Of a DNA stretch of 64,000 bases, positions 63,885 through 64,000 are shown piece by piece. The stretch spans positions 150,237-214,236 of the forward strand of contig JACJVW010000001.1 of the NCBI GenBank assembly GCA_020637435.1, in the 5' to 3' direction. This stretch comes from Candidatus Woesearchaeota archaeon (GTDB lineage Archaea > Nanobdellota > Nanobdellia > Woesearchaeales > JACJVW01). The position numbers and the translations under genes are program-made. Within the stretch, counting starts at the first letter, position 1. Each line of letters begins with the position of its first letter. The notes beneath the pieces were generated by a model. It ran no database searches, was not told the origin of the DNA, and saw only the letters and a program-made list of their open reading frames with translations.

Positions 63885-64000
63885 GATCTCACGTTGCGTC
63901 TTCTGGATCTTGCGAAGACCCTCATCAAGGACAAAACTGCAGAGATATGACTTCTTTCCGCTGCCCTCCCAATTCTTGTGGATAACAAGTTTTTGGGCGC

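Overview
This 64 kb window is a gene-dense archaeal chromosomal segment, with about 75 CDS and many 4-nt start/stop overlaps. Archaeal identity rests on CDC48/VCP, archaeal-type AlaRS, ribosomal protein L37Ae (eL43), RpoP, Pcc1, prefoldin beta, Nop5, Nip7, NreA, an archaellin-type class III signal peptide, a BHB-type tRNA intron, and TTTAAATA boxes about 26 nt upstream of start codons. The mix of bacterial-type genes, many surface proteins and few biosynthetic genes suggests a small-genome, DPANN-like, possibly host-associated archaeon; that is inference only. The housekeeping genes recognised are cdc48, a PfkB kinase, gpmA, pcm, a DRG GTPase, alaS, argS, an XPD helicase, tRNA-Pro(UGG) with an intron, and the rpl37ae-rpoP-pcc1-pfdB-UPF0147 operon. 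No CRISPR array, rRNA or clear transposase or integrase was seen. Four loci look most worth follow-up. (1) An AT-rich, translationally coupled three-gene island (32189-34487) encodes an unknown protein, a MoaA-like radical SAM enzyme and an HD phosphohydrolase. (2) A radical SAM/SPASM locus (41522-43991) carries two small HxsD-like proteins, a wHTH regulator and a perfect 50-bp duplication that creates twin small ORFs with identical N-termini and different Cys-containing C-termini. (3) A roughly 9 kb six-gene surface operon (14517-23663) has an orphan archaellin-like protein, a Q/P-rich FlaC-domain protein, two giant surface proteins and an SLT+LysM murein hydrolase. (4) A 76-bp tandem repeat with a covarying hairpin lies directly 3' of the tRNA. 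All family calls come from motif recognition by eye; no database search was run.
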